Virus record (IMG/VR): IMGVR_UViG_3300020576_003495
Location: 64,001-128,000 of that record
From: a virus
Lineage: Duplodnaviria > Caudoviricetes
DNA: 64,000 nt
Direction: 5' to 3' (one strand)
The stretch's first letter is position 1. Each line of letters starts with the position of its first letter. Positions 9,076 through 18,970 of this stretch are shown here, one piece after another. Below the pieces are notes generated by a model. It saw only the letters and a program-made list of their open reading frames with translations. It was not told the origin of the DNA and made no database searches. The position numbers and the translations under genes were made by a program.

Positions 9076-11934
9076 ATGGCTAACGCAAACAAACAACTAA
9101 TTGACCTACCGTTTTTCGAGTTGTGCAACCAAGCCCCCGTCGCAACGCAAGCCATTGCCGCCATGACGACATCGGAAGACGGCACGGATCGCTATATTTA
9201 TTACATCGTTGGTATTACCTTCTACCGCTACGACACGATTGCAGATACGTGGCAATTACTTGCAGCACCTAATCAAACCACCACGGTTGGGTGTTCTCTA
9301 CGCTATACAACAAAGCGCGGTTTTCACGGGCGCGTCCTTTCAGCAACATCGACCACGATACAAATCCCCGGACTGCGTGGGCCGACTCTTGATGGTCAAA
9401 CCATTGAAATTCTGAGCGGAACAGGTATGGGTCAAACTCGTGTGCTAACGTACACAGGAGAAACTGTTCACGACGCTGGTGTGGTAACCGCTGTTGCAGC
9501 AAACTTGCTCACAGATAGCTTGAAGAAGTGGAAGATTAATCAATGGGCAGGGTACATGGTTGGTGTAACCTTTGGTACTGACTCCACACAATATAAAAAG
9601 ATTCTCTATAATGACACGACGACGCTCTATGTGTCCGACATTAACTTACAGCCCCACGATCCGTGGAGTAATCAGCCGTATGCTGCGATCCTTCCTTATG
9701 CACTCCCCGTAACAACGGCAGGTTCGCAAGCGCACTTCCAAATCATGTCCAGCACGTTTTCTGTAACGGCGTGGACAACGACCCCTGATTACACATCGTT
9801 CTTCACTACGTTATCGGGCGGGATTTACCTTTTGTCGTCCCTTGCAGGCGCACCCTATTTCTCCCTGCAATACTACGATGTGATAGCTGATAGCTGGCAG
9901 AACAAAACAACCCCACAAGGTATGATCCTTGCTGCTTTAGGTACTGACTTTTCTCTTCAGCGCACAGGGAAGTTGGGTTCAGCGTTAGTGACAAATCTTG
10001 GTGTGGTGAGTGGAACTAATCGAACACTTGCTGATGCGGGTCAAACCACATTGGAAGTTGATCGTTGGAGAAATCACCGTATTGTGATTACAGGTGGAAC
10101 GGGTATTGGTCAGTCCCGAAGAATCGTTAGCAACACAGCGGGTGCGTTTACCGTCAATAGAAATTGGGATATAAACCCCACCACAGGTTCAACGTATGAA
10201 GTCTGGCCGGATTACGCTCGCCTCTACATGGCGGGGGGTGCGGCTTCTGCTTTATTCGCCTATTCCACATTCAACGATTGCTGGGGGCAGGGGCAGTACT
10301 TCGATGACGGCATTACAGCTAACATAACCTGCACCATGGCAGGATGGGAGCCTTTCGGCGTCACTTCGGGCACACGTATTGCAGCGGGTGTCCAAGCAAT
10401 CAACACAACGCCAGCCAATGCGGGGACGGGTTATGCCATTGGTGACACATTCAGTTTTGTAACTGGTGCCGGTGCCGGTGCTAAAGGTCGCGTTGTTGCT
10501 CTGTCAGCCGTGGGTGTTCCTTCTACGATTGAATTGATTGATTCAGGCACAACCACAGGCTACACGGTTGCAACATCAGGCGGGGTCACAAACATTGTGG
10601 GTTCAGGTTCGGGATTAACTGTGAGTGTCACAACAGTTGGCCCAACAGCAAATATTGTTCTGGCTTCTGCTAGTTGGTTGAAGCAAGGCGATTCTGTAAC
10701 CTTCGCTGGATGTACAGAAGGATTGTGGAATGCTGCTTATACCATTCTTGGTGTGAGTGCTGTGTCAACATCCGCTTGCACATTCTCTGTTGCAACCACA
10801 GCGACAGCCAACATGGCAGCGTCTAACTCCCAATCAACTACAGTCATTGTCGATCCAAGTAAAAACTGGATTGTCAATGAGCATGTGGGGCGCATTGTTG
10901 ACCTTTGTGTTTCGGGTACCGCACCTACATCACAGAAGCGTTGGATTACAGCAAATACCGCAACGACGTTAACCGTAGCCACTATCGTTGCAGGTGTTAA
11001 CGGAACAAGTAAATATTGCATTTACGACGCCAACATTTTCGGTTGTGATGATCAGCGTAAAGAAGCCAACATGCACGGCTACGGCCATGCTTCAGGGGGT
11101 TCACTCACAACACTAACTGATTCAAGCAAGAACTGGATTCCCGGTCAGTGGATTGGTTATTTGTTCAAAGTGGAAGCGGGTACAGGCTACGGCTCAGGCC
11201 GTATCAGCATCACAGCCAATACGGCAACAACTCTTACCTACACAACCCAATCCTTCACACCGGACGCCACAACACGCTATGAGATTGCGGATGCATGGGG
11301 TATTGCGACATCAGGTGCCGCTTCAACACTAACGGATAACACTAAAAATTGGGCGACTAATCAGTGGGGCGGTAAGCGTGTTCGTGTTACAGCAGGAACG
11401 CTGCAAGGAACGGAGACAACCTGCACAGCCAATACGGCAACGGCACTGACCATCACAGGTACGCCTGACACCACATCAGCTTATGCCATTGTGTCTATTC
11501 CACCAAGGGGCGCGGGTATTGAGTTGATATGGGCGTGGGGAGCTACTGCTGTAGCCAACAAAAAGTTGATGTTCTGCCCTCGGGGTGGTGGTTCTAACTC
11601 AGCCGACATCTACGATATTGCCAAGGAAACATGGGCATTCGGTTACTTCTTCGGGCCACAGGCTGAACCGTTTACCACAGGTTCAAGTTATGCGTATGAC
11701 GGGGTTGATTCTATCCTTGCATCGCGGTCAGCCACAGGACAACCTGTTCGTGTTTTCCGTTATAACCTCGCCACGAACAAGATTAGCGGCTATGCCACGA
11801 CAACGTGGGTACAAGGCACGGCACATATCGGAAATTTCATGGGAATTTGTTCTGCACCGACCACGGGGGAGGAATACCTCTACTGCCTGCAAAATACGGG
11901 CACCCTAATGTCTCGTGCTCAAATGTTCTTCTAA
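9076..11934 (+). CDS. large virion structural / receptor-binding-like protein
   Basis: 952 aa, repeated D.SKNW..NQW.G..V...GTG.GQ.R.I..NT modules. Confidence 0.65.
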   Translation: MANANKQLIDLPFFELCNQAPVATQAIAAMTTSEDGTDRYIYYIVGITFYRYDTIADTWQLLAAPNQTTTVGCSLRYTTKRGFHGRVLSATSTTIQIPGLRGPTLDGQTIEILSGTGMGQTRVLTYTGETVHDAGVVTAVAANLLTDSLKKWKINQWAGYMVGVTFGTDSTQYKKILYNDTTTLYVSDINLQPHDPWSNQPYAAILPYALPVTTAGSQAHFQIMSSTFSVTAWTTTPDYTSFFTTLSGGIYLLSSLAGAPYFSLQYYDVIADSWQNKTTPQGMILAALGTDFSLQRTGKLGSALVTNLGVVSGTNRTLADAGQTTLEVDRWRNHRIVITGGTGIGQSRRIVSNTAGAFTVNRNWDINPTTGSTYEVWPDYARLYMAGGAASALFAYSTFNDCWGQGQYFDDGITANITCTMAGWEPFGVTSGTRIAAGVQAINTTPANAGTGYAIGDTFSFVTGAGAGAKGRVVALSAVGVPSTIELIDSGTTTGYTVATSGGVTNIVGSGSGLTVSVTTVGPTANIVLASASWLKQGDSVTFAGCTEGLWNAAYTILGVSAVSTSACTFSVATTATANMAASNSQSTTVIVDPSKNWIVNEHVGRIVDLCVSGTAPTSQKRWITANTATTLTVATIVAGVNGTSKYCIYDANIFGCDDQRKEANMHGYGHASGGSLTTLTDSSKNWIPGQWIGYLFKVEAGTGYGSGRISITANTATTLTYTTQSFTPDATTRYEIADAWGIATSGAASTLTDNTKNWATNQWGGKRVRVTAGTLQGTETTCTANTATALTITGTPDTTSAYAIVSIPPRGAGIELIWAWGATAVANKKLMFCPRGGGSNSADIYDIAKETWAFGYFFGPQAEPFTTGSSYAYDGVDSILASRSATGQPVRVFRYNLATNKISGYATTTWVQGTAHIGNFMGICSAPTTGEEYLYCLQNTGTLMSRAQMFF

Positions 11935-11937
11935 GGA

Positions 11938-12108
11938 ATGACCGTGACTATTCAAGAACTTATCGTTTTAAGTGAATCCCGTCTTGCTTACATCGGAGAA
12001 CTAAGGGCGTCGGCATTGGCTACTGGCGATGTTCAGCATCTTTTAGTGCTTGAATCACAGCAGGTTGAAACCCAAATTACCTTAGACAAGCTTAGAAGTT
12101 TGGTTTGA
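11938..12108 (+). CDS. small hypothetical protein (not in ORF track)
   Basis: 56-codon ORF after AAGGA RBS: MTVTIQELIVLSESRLAY...LDKLRSLV. Confidence 0.55.
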   Translation: MTVTIQELIVLSESRLAYIGELRASALATGDVQHLLVLESQQVETQITLDKLRSLV

Positions 12109-12126
12109 TACGCTCAGGTAATGCCG

Positions 12127-12160
12127 AAAGCGCACGCAGTACGGTGCGCTTTTTGTTTTC
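12127..12160 (+). terminator. intrinsic terminator
   Basis: AAAGCGCAC-loop-GTGCGCTTT followed by a T tract. Confidence 0.75.
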
Positions 12161-12227
12161 ATAAGGAAGGTAGCTCCCCCGCTATACTCTAACTTTACGC
12201 CACATCATATTAAAAGGACGCCCTGCC

Positions 12228-12731
12228 GTGTCTGACGTACCCCTATCCGAAGCTGTTACGATGGTGCAAGGACTCTCCACAGGAGGCAGCGACATCCTTG
12301 AAGCGACTAAATGGGTAGTCGTCATTCTTCTGATGGTTGCGGGGGCTTGCTTACCGTTCATGATGCTAATCAACAAAAAAACAAAAGACAAGAACACAAA
12401 CGTCTTAGAGACAGCCATATCAGAAGTTGGCAGCACGCTATACACACAGTTAAGCAAGCAAGTTGAAGAATATCGACTAGCGGCAGATTCAGCAAGCAAA
12501 GAACGTAATGAGTTGGTACTTAGGGTTGCTCATTTGGAAGCACAAATCTTCTCCCTTGAATCTTTGCGAGAAACCAACGAGCGCTTGCGCAGCAAATTGG
12601 ATGTGAAAGACGAAGAAATGAAAGGTCTTCTTGCACAGGGCTTGGACGAACGAAAGCAGTTCATGGATATGCTGTTGCTTAAAAACAGAGACAGCTTGCG
12701 TAGAGATGCTAAACAGGAGACACCAATATGA
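12228..12731 (+). CDS. single-TM coiled-coil protein of the lysis cassette
   Basis: N-terminal hydrophobic helix followed by a coiled coil. Confidence 0.55.
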   Translation: MSDVPLSEAVTMVQGLSTGGSDILEATKWVVVILLMVAGACLPFMMLINKKTKDKNTNVLETAISEVGSTLYTQLSKQVEEYRLAADSASKERNELVLRVAHLEAQIFSLESLRETNERLRSKLDVKDEEMKGLLAQGLDERKQFMDMLLLKNRDSLRRDAKQETPI

Positions 12732-13045
12732 TTACGGATGAAGTAAGCAAGGTACGTCGTTTTTTCTACGACTTTTTCAAGATTTTTATTCTGATGGGCG
12801 CGGTCGGTTTTCTTCTGTATCAAGCTGACCCGACCAACGCTGTGATCTTTCAGGCTATGGGGATCGCGCTGTTCATGGTCGGTGGAACACACCTAACCCG
12901 AAGGATTCTTTTCAACAGCCTTGATTTACAGGCCATCGCTAGGTTAGCCGTAAGAGATAACAACATGTCAGCAGCGATTGTGTTTGCTTCTGTTGTGGCG
13001 TTCCTCATAGCGGTGATGTCACTCTCCATGCAGGTTTTCAAATAA
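12728..13045 (+). CDS. putative holin
   Basis: 105 aa with 3 TM segments, upstream of the endolysin. Confidence 0.55.
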   Translation: MITDEVSKVRRFFYDFFKIFILMGAVGFLLYQADPTNAVIFQAMGIALFMVGGTHLTRRILFNSLDLQAIARLAVRDNNMSAAIVFASVVAFLIAVMSLSMQVFK

Positions 13046-13057
13046 GCGGGGTGGTCT

Positions 13058-13258
13058 ATGATTGTTTGGTCAGTATCACGCCTGTTTCATTTTTCGTGCT
13101 CAGTTTGCAATCACAAGTGGGATGTTTTCAACTGGCCGAACTGGTTTAGCATTAACAGGACGCGACTTCCCGTGGAGTGTCCGAACTGTGGGCACGCGGA
13201 TATTCCCGTAGAATCAGTGGAAAATAAAGATGCTTCCATCTCACCCGCCCCCACTTGA
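13058..13258 (+). CDS. small zinc-ribbon protein
   Basis: CSVC...CPNC. Confidence 0.45.
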   Translation: MIVWSVSRLFHFSCSVCNHKWDVFNWPNWFSINRTRLPVECPNCGHADIPVESVENKDASISPAPT

Positions 13259-13904
13259 GCCTATTTGCCCGGTTGTGCAATTAACTGCAAATGAGCAGCA
13301 GCATCTACCTACACTTTTATTAGAATCCAACCTCTATTGGCCTGAGTTGAAATGGAAATCAATGTTAGGTTCTCAGATAAGACAAGAAACCTGCCCGAGT
13401 CTAAAGCACAGGTTTTGCTGGAACCCGAGAGCGGAACTCAAGACATCCCGAGAGTACGGCTTTGGCCTCGGACAAATTACAATCACAGCCAAATTCGACA
13501 ACTTCAAAGAGGCGAAGAAGCTGAATACGACGATGAGTGACTGGAAATGGGAGGACAGGTATGATGCCGCCTACCAAATCAGGACGCTTGTGTTGATGGA
13601 TAAATTTAACTACGGCAAGTTCTCTTTGGCAGCGGATGAAAAAGAACGTATGGCTTTTTCTTTTGCTGCGTATAATGGGGGGCTTGGGGGGGTCTTATCA
13701 GACAAGGCTGTTTGTAGAAATACTTCAGAGTGCGACCCTAACCGATGGTTCGACCACGTAGAGCACACTAGCAAAAAAGCCAAGGTTCCTGTACACGGGT
13801 ACGGTCAGAGCTTCTTCCAAATTAACCGAACATATACAAATAACATAGTTAACGTCTTCCCGCCACGCTATATGCCTTTCTTCGGAGAATGCAATGTTCG
13901 CTAG
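13230..13904 (+). CDS. endolysin, lytic transglycosylase (SLT-like)
   Basis: QET catalytic Glu, GLGQI, AAYNGG motifs. Confidence 0.8.
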   Translation: MLPSHPPPLEPICPVVQLTANEQQHLPTLLLESNLYWPELKWKSMLGSQIRQETCPSLKHRFCWNPRAELKTSREYGFGLGQITITAKFDNFKEAKKLNTTMSDWKWEDRYDAAYQIRTLVLMDKFNYGKFSLAADEKERMAFSFAAYNGGLGGVLSDKAVCRNTSECDPNRWFDHVEHTSKKAKVPVHGYGQSFFQINRTYTNNIVNVFPPRYMPFFGECNVR

Positions 13905-14388
13905 TCTGCTTACAGGTAAAATCATGGGGGGCTTGAGTCTAGCCCTTCTTATCATCTTCGCTGCGTTTGGTGTGTACCATTATTTTCTTGTGTTGTCCCT
14001 TGAGCACACCATCACCAAGCAGGGGGAGAAGATTGCCAGCCTCAACATCAAAAACGCTGAGTTGACCAGTGAAAATACCAAGCTGACTGAAGCTAACGTA
14101 AAAATGGCGGCTTCGATTGACGTTCAAAACGCCAAGATCAAAGAAATGGTTGACGCACAGACTACTGCGGTAGCTGCGGCTATTAAGGTAGCGGATGCAG
14201 CGGTAGCCACGGCTAAAAAGGACAAGGCGAGGTATGAGGCTTTGCTCACTGCCCCAAGGACAACATCGGACGATTGCAAGGAAGCCTCTTTGAAGGTGAA
14301 TGAGTATTTACAGATGCGGTACGCAGATACTCATCCACCAAAAACCCCCACAGCGCCCCCCACAGCGGCGTCAGGAGAAGCAAGATGA
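13894..14388 (+). CDS. Rz-like i-spanin
   Basis: N-terminal TM plus periplasmic coiled coil after the endolysin. Confidence 0.75.
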   Translation: MFASLLTGKIMGGLSLALLIIFAAFGVYHYFLVLSLEHTITKQGEKIASLNIKNAELTSENTKLTEANVKMAASIDVQNAKIKEMVDAQTTAVAAAIKVADAAVATAKKDKARYEALLTAPRTTSDDCKEASLKVNEYLQMRYADTHPPKTPTAPPTAASGEAR

Positions 14389-14663
14389 AGTATCTGATAG
14401 CTACCCTATGCCTAGCCCTTTCCGCGTGCGCTACGTGCGATCCTAAAGTCATCATAGAGACAAAGGAAGTTTCTATTCCCGTGGTGACGCGCTGCAAGGT
14501 GAAGTACCCACAGAAGCCTGTGGATATTACGAAGGATGCGGTTCCTACGAAATACTATGAGCAGATCATCGCCCTGATACGTGAGAACGTGGACTACCGA
14601 AACTACATCAACGAACTGGAAGCCGTTCTGAAGGTTTGCGCTGACGATGATCCCGCAAAGTAA
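14385..14663 (+). CDS. Rz1-like o-spanin lipoprotein
   Basis: Signal peptide with LSAC lipobox. Confidence 0.75.
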   Translation: MKYLIATLCLALSACATCDPKVIIETKEVSIPVVTRCKVKYPQKPVDITKDAVPTKYYEQIIALIRENVDYRNYINELEAVLKVCADDDPAK

Positions 14664-14727
14664 ATAATTTCTTGACAAATCCTTAACCACGGGGTATAGT
14701 GGTTCCCAATTAGACAACGGAGTGTGC

Positions 14728-15087
14728 ATGAAACCAAACCTTTACGTGTCCCCACAAGACGTTGAGTGTCTTTTGTTTGGCTTTTCTGCGTACAAAGACC
14801 TCACGGAACAACAGAGGAACCTTCTCAAAAGGCTGGCTAGCATCGACTTTACTACAAAAGCGGGTGAAGGTTTTTACTTTCCCGCGCTGTACAACAGCCA
14901 TACTAAAACTCATTGTATCAAGACGCTTCGGGCTTTGACGGGCTTGGGGCTTAAAGAAGCAAAGGACGCTGTTGAACAAGAAACACGATTCAGTCTGTTG
15001 GGTTACGACTTGACCGCAGAGAAGGTTTTGGCGGTAGCGCTTGAGCAGTCTGGTATTGTCCACAAAGTTGTTGTTGCATTCGAGTGA
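14728..15087 (+). CDS. ribosomal protein bL12 (L7/L12) C-terminal-domain-containing protein
   Basis: KTHCIKTLRALTGLGLKEAKDAVE matches the bL12 CTD signature (K..VIK.VR..TGLGLKEAK.LVE); TTGACA-N17-TATAGT promoter upstream. Confidence 0.75.
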   Translation: MKPNLYVSPQDVECLLFGFSAYKDLTEQQRNLLKRLASIDFTTKAGEGFYFPALYNSHTKTHCIKTLRALTGLGLKEAKDAVEQETRFSLLGYDLTAEKVLAVALEQSGIVHKVVVAFE

Positions 15088-15115
15088 AATCACCTTCAAA
15101 TTTATAGGAGTAGCT

Positions 15116-15451
15116 ATGCCAAAAGCACAAGTAACAATGGTTGCCGTGGGTGACGGTGGTTATGAAGTTTTCGCCCCCGCTGTCTTAGACTTGAACACCT
15201 TCGAAGCCAGCACAGCGAAAGACGACTTTCTGAACTGCACAGAAGATTCGGATACGTTTTTTGGTCTGGATATAGGTGACGGGGGGGACGACTATATCCA
15301 TCTTGGTGTGGACTACATGTACCCCAACGAATTTATGGTGGTGGACGCTGCGAGTATTGGCCGCATCAAAGCCTACTACAAAGAAAATCCCGGCGCTGTT
15401 GAAGCAGACGACGACATCGAAGGCGAAGACGATGACACCGATAGCCGATAA
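15116..15451 (+). CDS. acidic hypothetical protein
   Basis: AGGAG RBS; D/E-rich. Confidence 0.6.
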   Translation: MPKAQVTMVAVGDGGYEVFAPAVLDLNTFEASTAKDDFLNCTEDSDTFFGLDIGDGGDDYIHLGVDYMYPNEFMVVDAASIGRIKAYYKENPGAVEADDDIEGEDDDTDSR

Positions 15452-15680
15452 CGAAGAAGACCCTGCACGGCTATGGGCTGAAATCCACCGTTTGCGCGTT
15501 ATTGTGCGCGGCCCAGAAGGCTATGATACGTGGCAAGATGCTGCTTTAGCAGAACGCCTCCGACGTATCGCTTTTCAAGGTGAGCTACAAGCACTACGGA
15601 ACCACGTTGAATATTGGTTTAGGGCAGGGCGTGACTTTGATGCCCTTAAACGGGCTGATGATGCGTTAAAGACTTATTAG
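15432..15680 (+). CDS. hypothetical protein
   Basis: Internal ATG of ORF 15276..15680. Confidence 0.5.
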   Translation: MTPIADNEEDPARLWAEIHRLRVIVRGPEGYDTWQDAALAERLRRIAFQGELQALRNHVEYWFRAGRDFDALKRADDALKTY

Positions 15681-15705
15681 TTGCAATTAATTTCAATGGA
15701 GTGAT

Positions 15706-16893
15706 ATGTTAAAAACTGTAGCTAAAGCAGGGATACCGATTATTGCCGTTACCACGTCGGACGTGATGAACGCATCGTCTGTGTTGGCACACATCGTTGA
15801 TTCCCCCGTGGCTGAATGGCCTCAAGGTGGTTCATCTGCGGTGGATAAAGGCAACCTTAAATTTGCCAAGTTTTTCTATACCAAGGATACAGCGCTTGAT
15901 CTAAGCGAGCATACCTACGATTGGCTGGTTAAGCATGGAAAGGTTCTCTTTCTGTTGAACCACGAAGGGTCTTCCCTCGCTTTTGACGGGGGAGAGTTAC
16001 CGACACCTAGTGCACTCGTACAGTCTTTCCTGTCGACCATCATGAGCGGGGACGAAGCAACTAAATGTCTCCCCGCACTACAGGGGCTTACCCTAAAAGG
16101 CGTATCAGAATTGGTACGCATTACATCTGTTGGCGGAACAATCACCAATCACACGCTGCTTGAAAATCGGTGGATGGTTTCTTCACAAGTGCAGGGGCTG
16201 GAAGAAGTCAACAAGGACTTGGGGGTTTATTTACCCTGCAAGCAGCTAGTGGATTACGCTACTCTCAATCTGAAGTACCTCAATAAAAACGTTCCTACAC
16301 AACTTCGCCCCCGTGGTGTGTTGCTTGCCGGTGAGAGCGGTGTTGGAAAAACAATGGGCGCTAAATACTTGGCAAACCAGTTTGACTGCCCTTTGTATCG
16401 CCTTGATATTTCAGCGTCTTTGGGGCGCTATGTGGGTCAGAGTGAGCAAGCACTGAACAAAGTCCTATCTTCGGTACAAACCAGAGGGACGTGCGTGCTT
16501 CTAATAGATGAAGTCGAAAAACTGTTCGGTGAAACAGACGATACAGGCGTTACACATCGTCTTCTGGCACAGCTTCTCTGGTTTTTGCAGGAGCACAGGG
16601 AACCCGTTCTTACGGTGATGACAGCCAACAACTTCAGCAAACTACCCGTAGAACTCTATAGGCCGGGTCGTATAGACGAGGTTATAGTGATACACACCTT
16701 AAGCATGGAAGCGGCTATTGAGTTGTCCAAGAGGCTATACATTTCCATCAAGGCAAGCAAAGCGCACTATGATAAGTTTTGCTCTAGTTTTCTAAGTCTT
16801 CTTGCCGGTCTGTCTTCTGCTGACCTGACACCAGCAAAAGTAACCGCCCACGTGTATCAGTACATAAAAACCAACAATCTCTTGACAAACTAG
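15706..16893 (+). CDS. AAA+ ATPase
   Basis: Walker A GESGVGKT, Walker B LLIDEVEK, SRH TAN...RPGRID. Confidence 0.85.
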   Translation: MLKTVAKAGIPIIAVTTSDVMNASSVLAHIVDSPVAEWPQGGSSAVDKGNLKFAKFFYTKDTALDLSEHTYDWLVKHGKVLFLLNHEGSSLAFDGGELPTPSALVQSFLSTIMSGDEATKCLPALQGLTLKGVSELVRITSVGGTITNHTLLENRWMVSSQVQGLEEVNKDLGVYLPCKQLVDYATLNLKYLNKNVPTQLRPRGVLLAGESGVGKTMGAKYLANQFDCPLYRLDISASLGRYVGQSEQALNKVLSSVQTRGTCVLLIDEVEKLFGETDDTGVTHRLLAQLLWFLQEHREPVLTVMTANNFSKLPVELYRPGRIDEVIVIHTLSMEAAIELSKRLYISIKASKAHYDKFCSSFLSLLAGLSSADLTPAKVTAHVYQYIKTNNLLTN

Positions 16894-16941
16894 GCAAATA
16901 AGCGTACTATCCCAACTTCAATAACACAAGGAAAACATACC

Positions 16942-17475
16942 GTGTCTGATTTCAAATTTAATGCCCCCACACTCGAAACTGTGAAGGGGTCTGAGGAAGG
17001 AAGCACCTACCTCGTTTTTGCCAAGGGTGGTAATCTCAAGCTGAGCATTCGCCCTTTCATGATCCCCATCAAACACAAGGACAACCCGTGGATTGCCGTG
17101 GCTGTTCGTCTGCGTGCTGAAACGGTTGATGGTTCATCCTGTTCTATGGGGATGGCTACTGACGTGTTCGGTCAGTTCGGGTTCTACGAGTCGGGACACC
17201 ACAGTTCGGCTATCCTTGCTTTGCCGCTGGCTAAGCTGCTTTGCTCCCCGGCAGAAGTCTATTCCGCTTTTGCTGCACAGGGCGACGTGGCTTCAAATCT
17301 GGTCAATCAGATTGCCGACAAGTTCTACAAGTCGGTCAAGTTCTCGATCAAAAAGGAAGATTTGATCTTTATCCTTCAAGAAAAGCTGGCCGATACCGTG
17401 CCTCAGTTTGTGCTTGAAACCAACACTGATCCAGAATTCCTCTACATCACCCTGAAAAACGAAGGTGCCGAATGA
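16942..17475 (+). CDS. hypothetical protein
   Basis: Promoter and AAGGA RBS. Confidence 0.6.
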   Translation: MSDFKFNAPTLETVKGSEEGSTYLVFAKGGNLKLSIRPFMIPIKHKDNPWIAVAVRLRAETVDGSSCSMGMATDVFGQFGFYESGHHSSAILALPLAKLLCSPAEVYSAFAAQGDVASNLVNQIADKFYKSVKFSIKKEDLIFILQEKLADTVPQFVLETNTDPEFLYITLKNEGAE

Positions 17476-17885
17476 ACCAACTCAAAGCCGATGCCGTTAA
17501 CGAAACGTTCCTCGATTGCTTGTTCAAAGACAAGCCAACTGTCGGCGGATACGTCAAAGCCGAAGGGATCACCCTGTCGGTTGGATTTAACCCCGAAAGT
17601 CTTGCGAAAAACACGGAAAAAATCCATGACTTCCTGATGCAACTCCCGTCGCCGTTCCATCAAGCACACGGGGGAGGTTATTCCTTTTTGGGTGCTTGTG
17701 AAGACAGCACGGGTCTTCAGTGGACGGGTATGCACAAGGACATGGAAGAACTTTTCCTTCTCGGGGTAGCTACGGGCTATGTTAAGTGCCTTCTCCCACG
17801 GGAGATATGGAATTCCCTTCCGGGCGGGGTTCCCTATTACGTAGTTCTCACTGACCCCGTTCCCGTGGAAGTAACCCCGATTTGA
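17472..17885 (+). CDS. conserved phage hypothetical protein
   Basis: GGGYSFL..C....QWTG...PGGVPYY motif. Confidence 0.6.
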   Translation: MNQLKADAVNETFLDCLFKDKPTVGGYVKAEGITLSVGFNPESLAKNTEKIHDFLMQLPSPFHQAHGGGYSFLGACEDSTGLQWTGMHKDMEELFLLGVATGYVKCLLPREIWNSLPGGVPYYVVLTDPVPVEVTPI

Positions 17886-17951
17886 TTGCGCTTGACAAAT
17901 CTGCGTAGTTGGTGTAGTCTACCTACATCAACTACATACCACGGAGGGTAT

Positions 17952-18746
17952 ATGCAATATTTCACCAGACACGGTTCGCTTGTAGCCGAAGACCGCATCC
18001 TGTCAGTTTCTAAAGACGGGCAATCCGCATCGTACAAGTATCTGCACAGTTGTTCGCGTTGTGGTGGTTTGGGTGGCGGTAGTCAGTGGAATCATACGGG
18101 CTGGACGTGTTTTGACTGCGGCGGTAAAGGCAAATGGTTCAAGCACGACGGCAAAGCCTATAGCGCCGAAAAGAATGCGAAGCTTGATGAAGCCCAAGCA
18201 AAACGTGATGCCGCGAAGCTTGCCAAACACAATGCCAAGGTTGCGGCTCGACAAGCTGCGGCGGCGGCACTCCAAGCTGAATTCAAAGTAGGCAACGAAG
18301 ATGTGGTTGCTGCGATTAAAGCCAAGTCAAACTCGTTTTACGAGAGTCTGTATCGACAGTATCAAGATCGTGGGCAGCTTACTGAAGCCCAAGTTGCCGC
18401 TGTTAGGCAGTCCATTGAAAGAGAGAAAGACAAGGCGCTCAAAGCGGCTATAAGTTCTTTTGTCGGTGAAGAAAAGCAGCGTCTGGTTGCCAACGTAACC
18501 GTTGAGCGTGTGTCGTCCTTTGTTGGTTTGGATTGGTGTGGCCGCTCAGTCGTCAAGTACACCACCAAACTCAGGACTTCCGAAGGCAACGCCCTTGTGT
18601 ATTGGGGGCAGGTTGGGGACGAAGGCGAGCAGTTTGACCTGAAGTTCACGGTGAAAGAACACGCGGAGTACCAAGGCGAAAAGCAAACCACGATCAACCG
18701 ACCTGTTATCGTGCCCAAGGCTGAAGAAGCACAAGCCGCCCGATAA
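17952..18746 (+). CDS. zinc-finger plus C-terminal OB-fold-like protein
   Basis: CSRCGG...CFDCGG; C-terminal VKEH.EY.GEKQT.I.R. Confidence 0.6.
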   Translation: MQYFTRHGSLVAEDRILSVSKDGQSASYKYLHSCSRCGGLGGGSQWNHTGWTCFDCGGKGKWFKHDGKAYSAEKNAKLDEAQAKRDAAKLAKHNAKVAARQAAAAALQAEFKVGNEDVVAAIKAKSNSFYESLYRQYQDRGQLTEAQVAAVRQSIEREKDKALKAAISSFVGEEKQRLVANVTVERVSSFVGLDWCGRSVVKYTTKLRTSEGNALVYWGQVGDEGEQFDLKFTVKEHAEYQGEKQTTINRPVIVPKAEEAQAAR

Positions 18747-18970
18747 TCGCACAGCAAATAAAAAAAGGGGGATACCTTGCGGTTCCCCCTTTCTTCGTGC
18801 TACAGTAACTTCCCGTTGGTATCCCGACTAACTAGAAGTAAAAAACCACGTTCGATCCGCTACCGTTAAGGTTAGGGTCAAGCCGCCTTTCGTTGCAAAA
18901 AGCGCACACGTCGTTTCAGGGCGAATAGTAGCATACTTGGTGATTGTGTCAACACTGTTCAGGAAAAATC

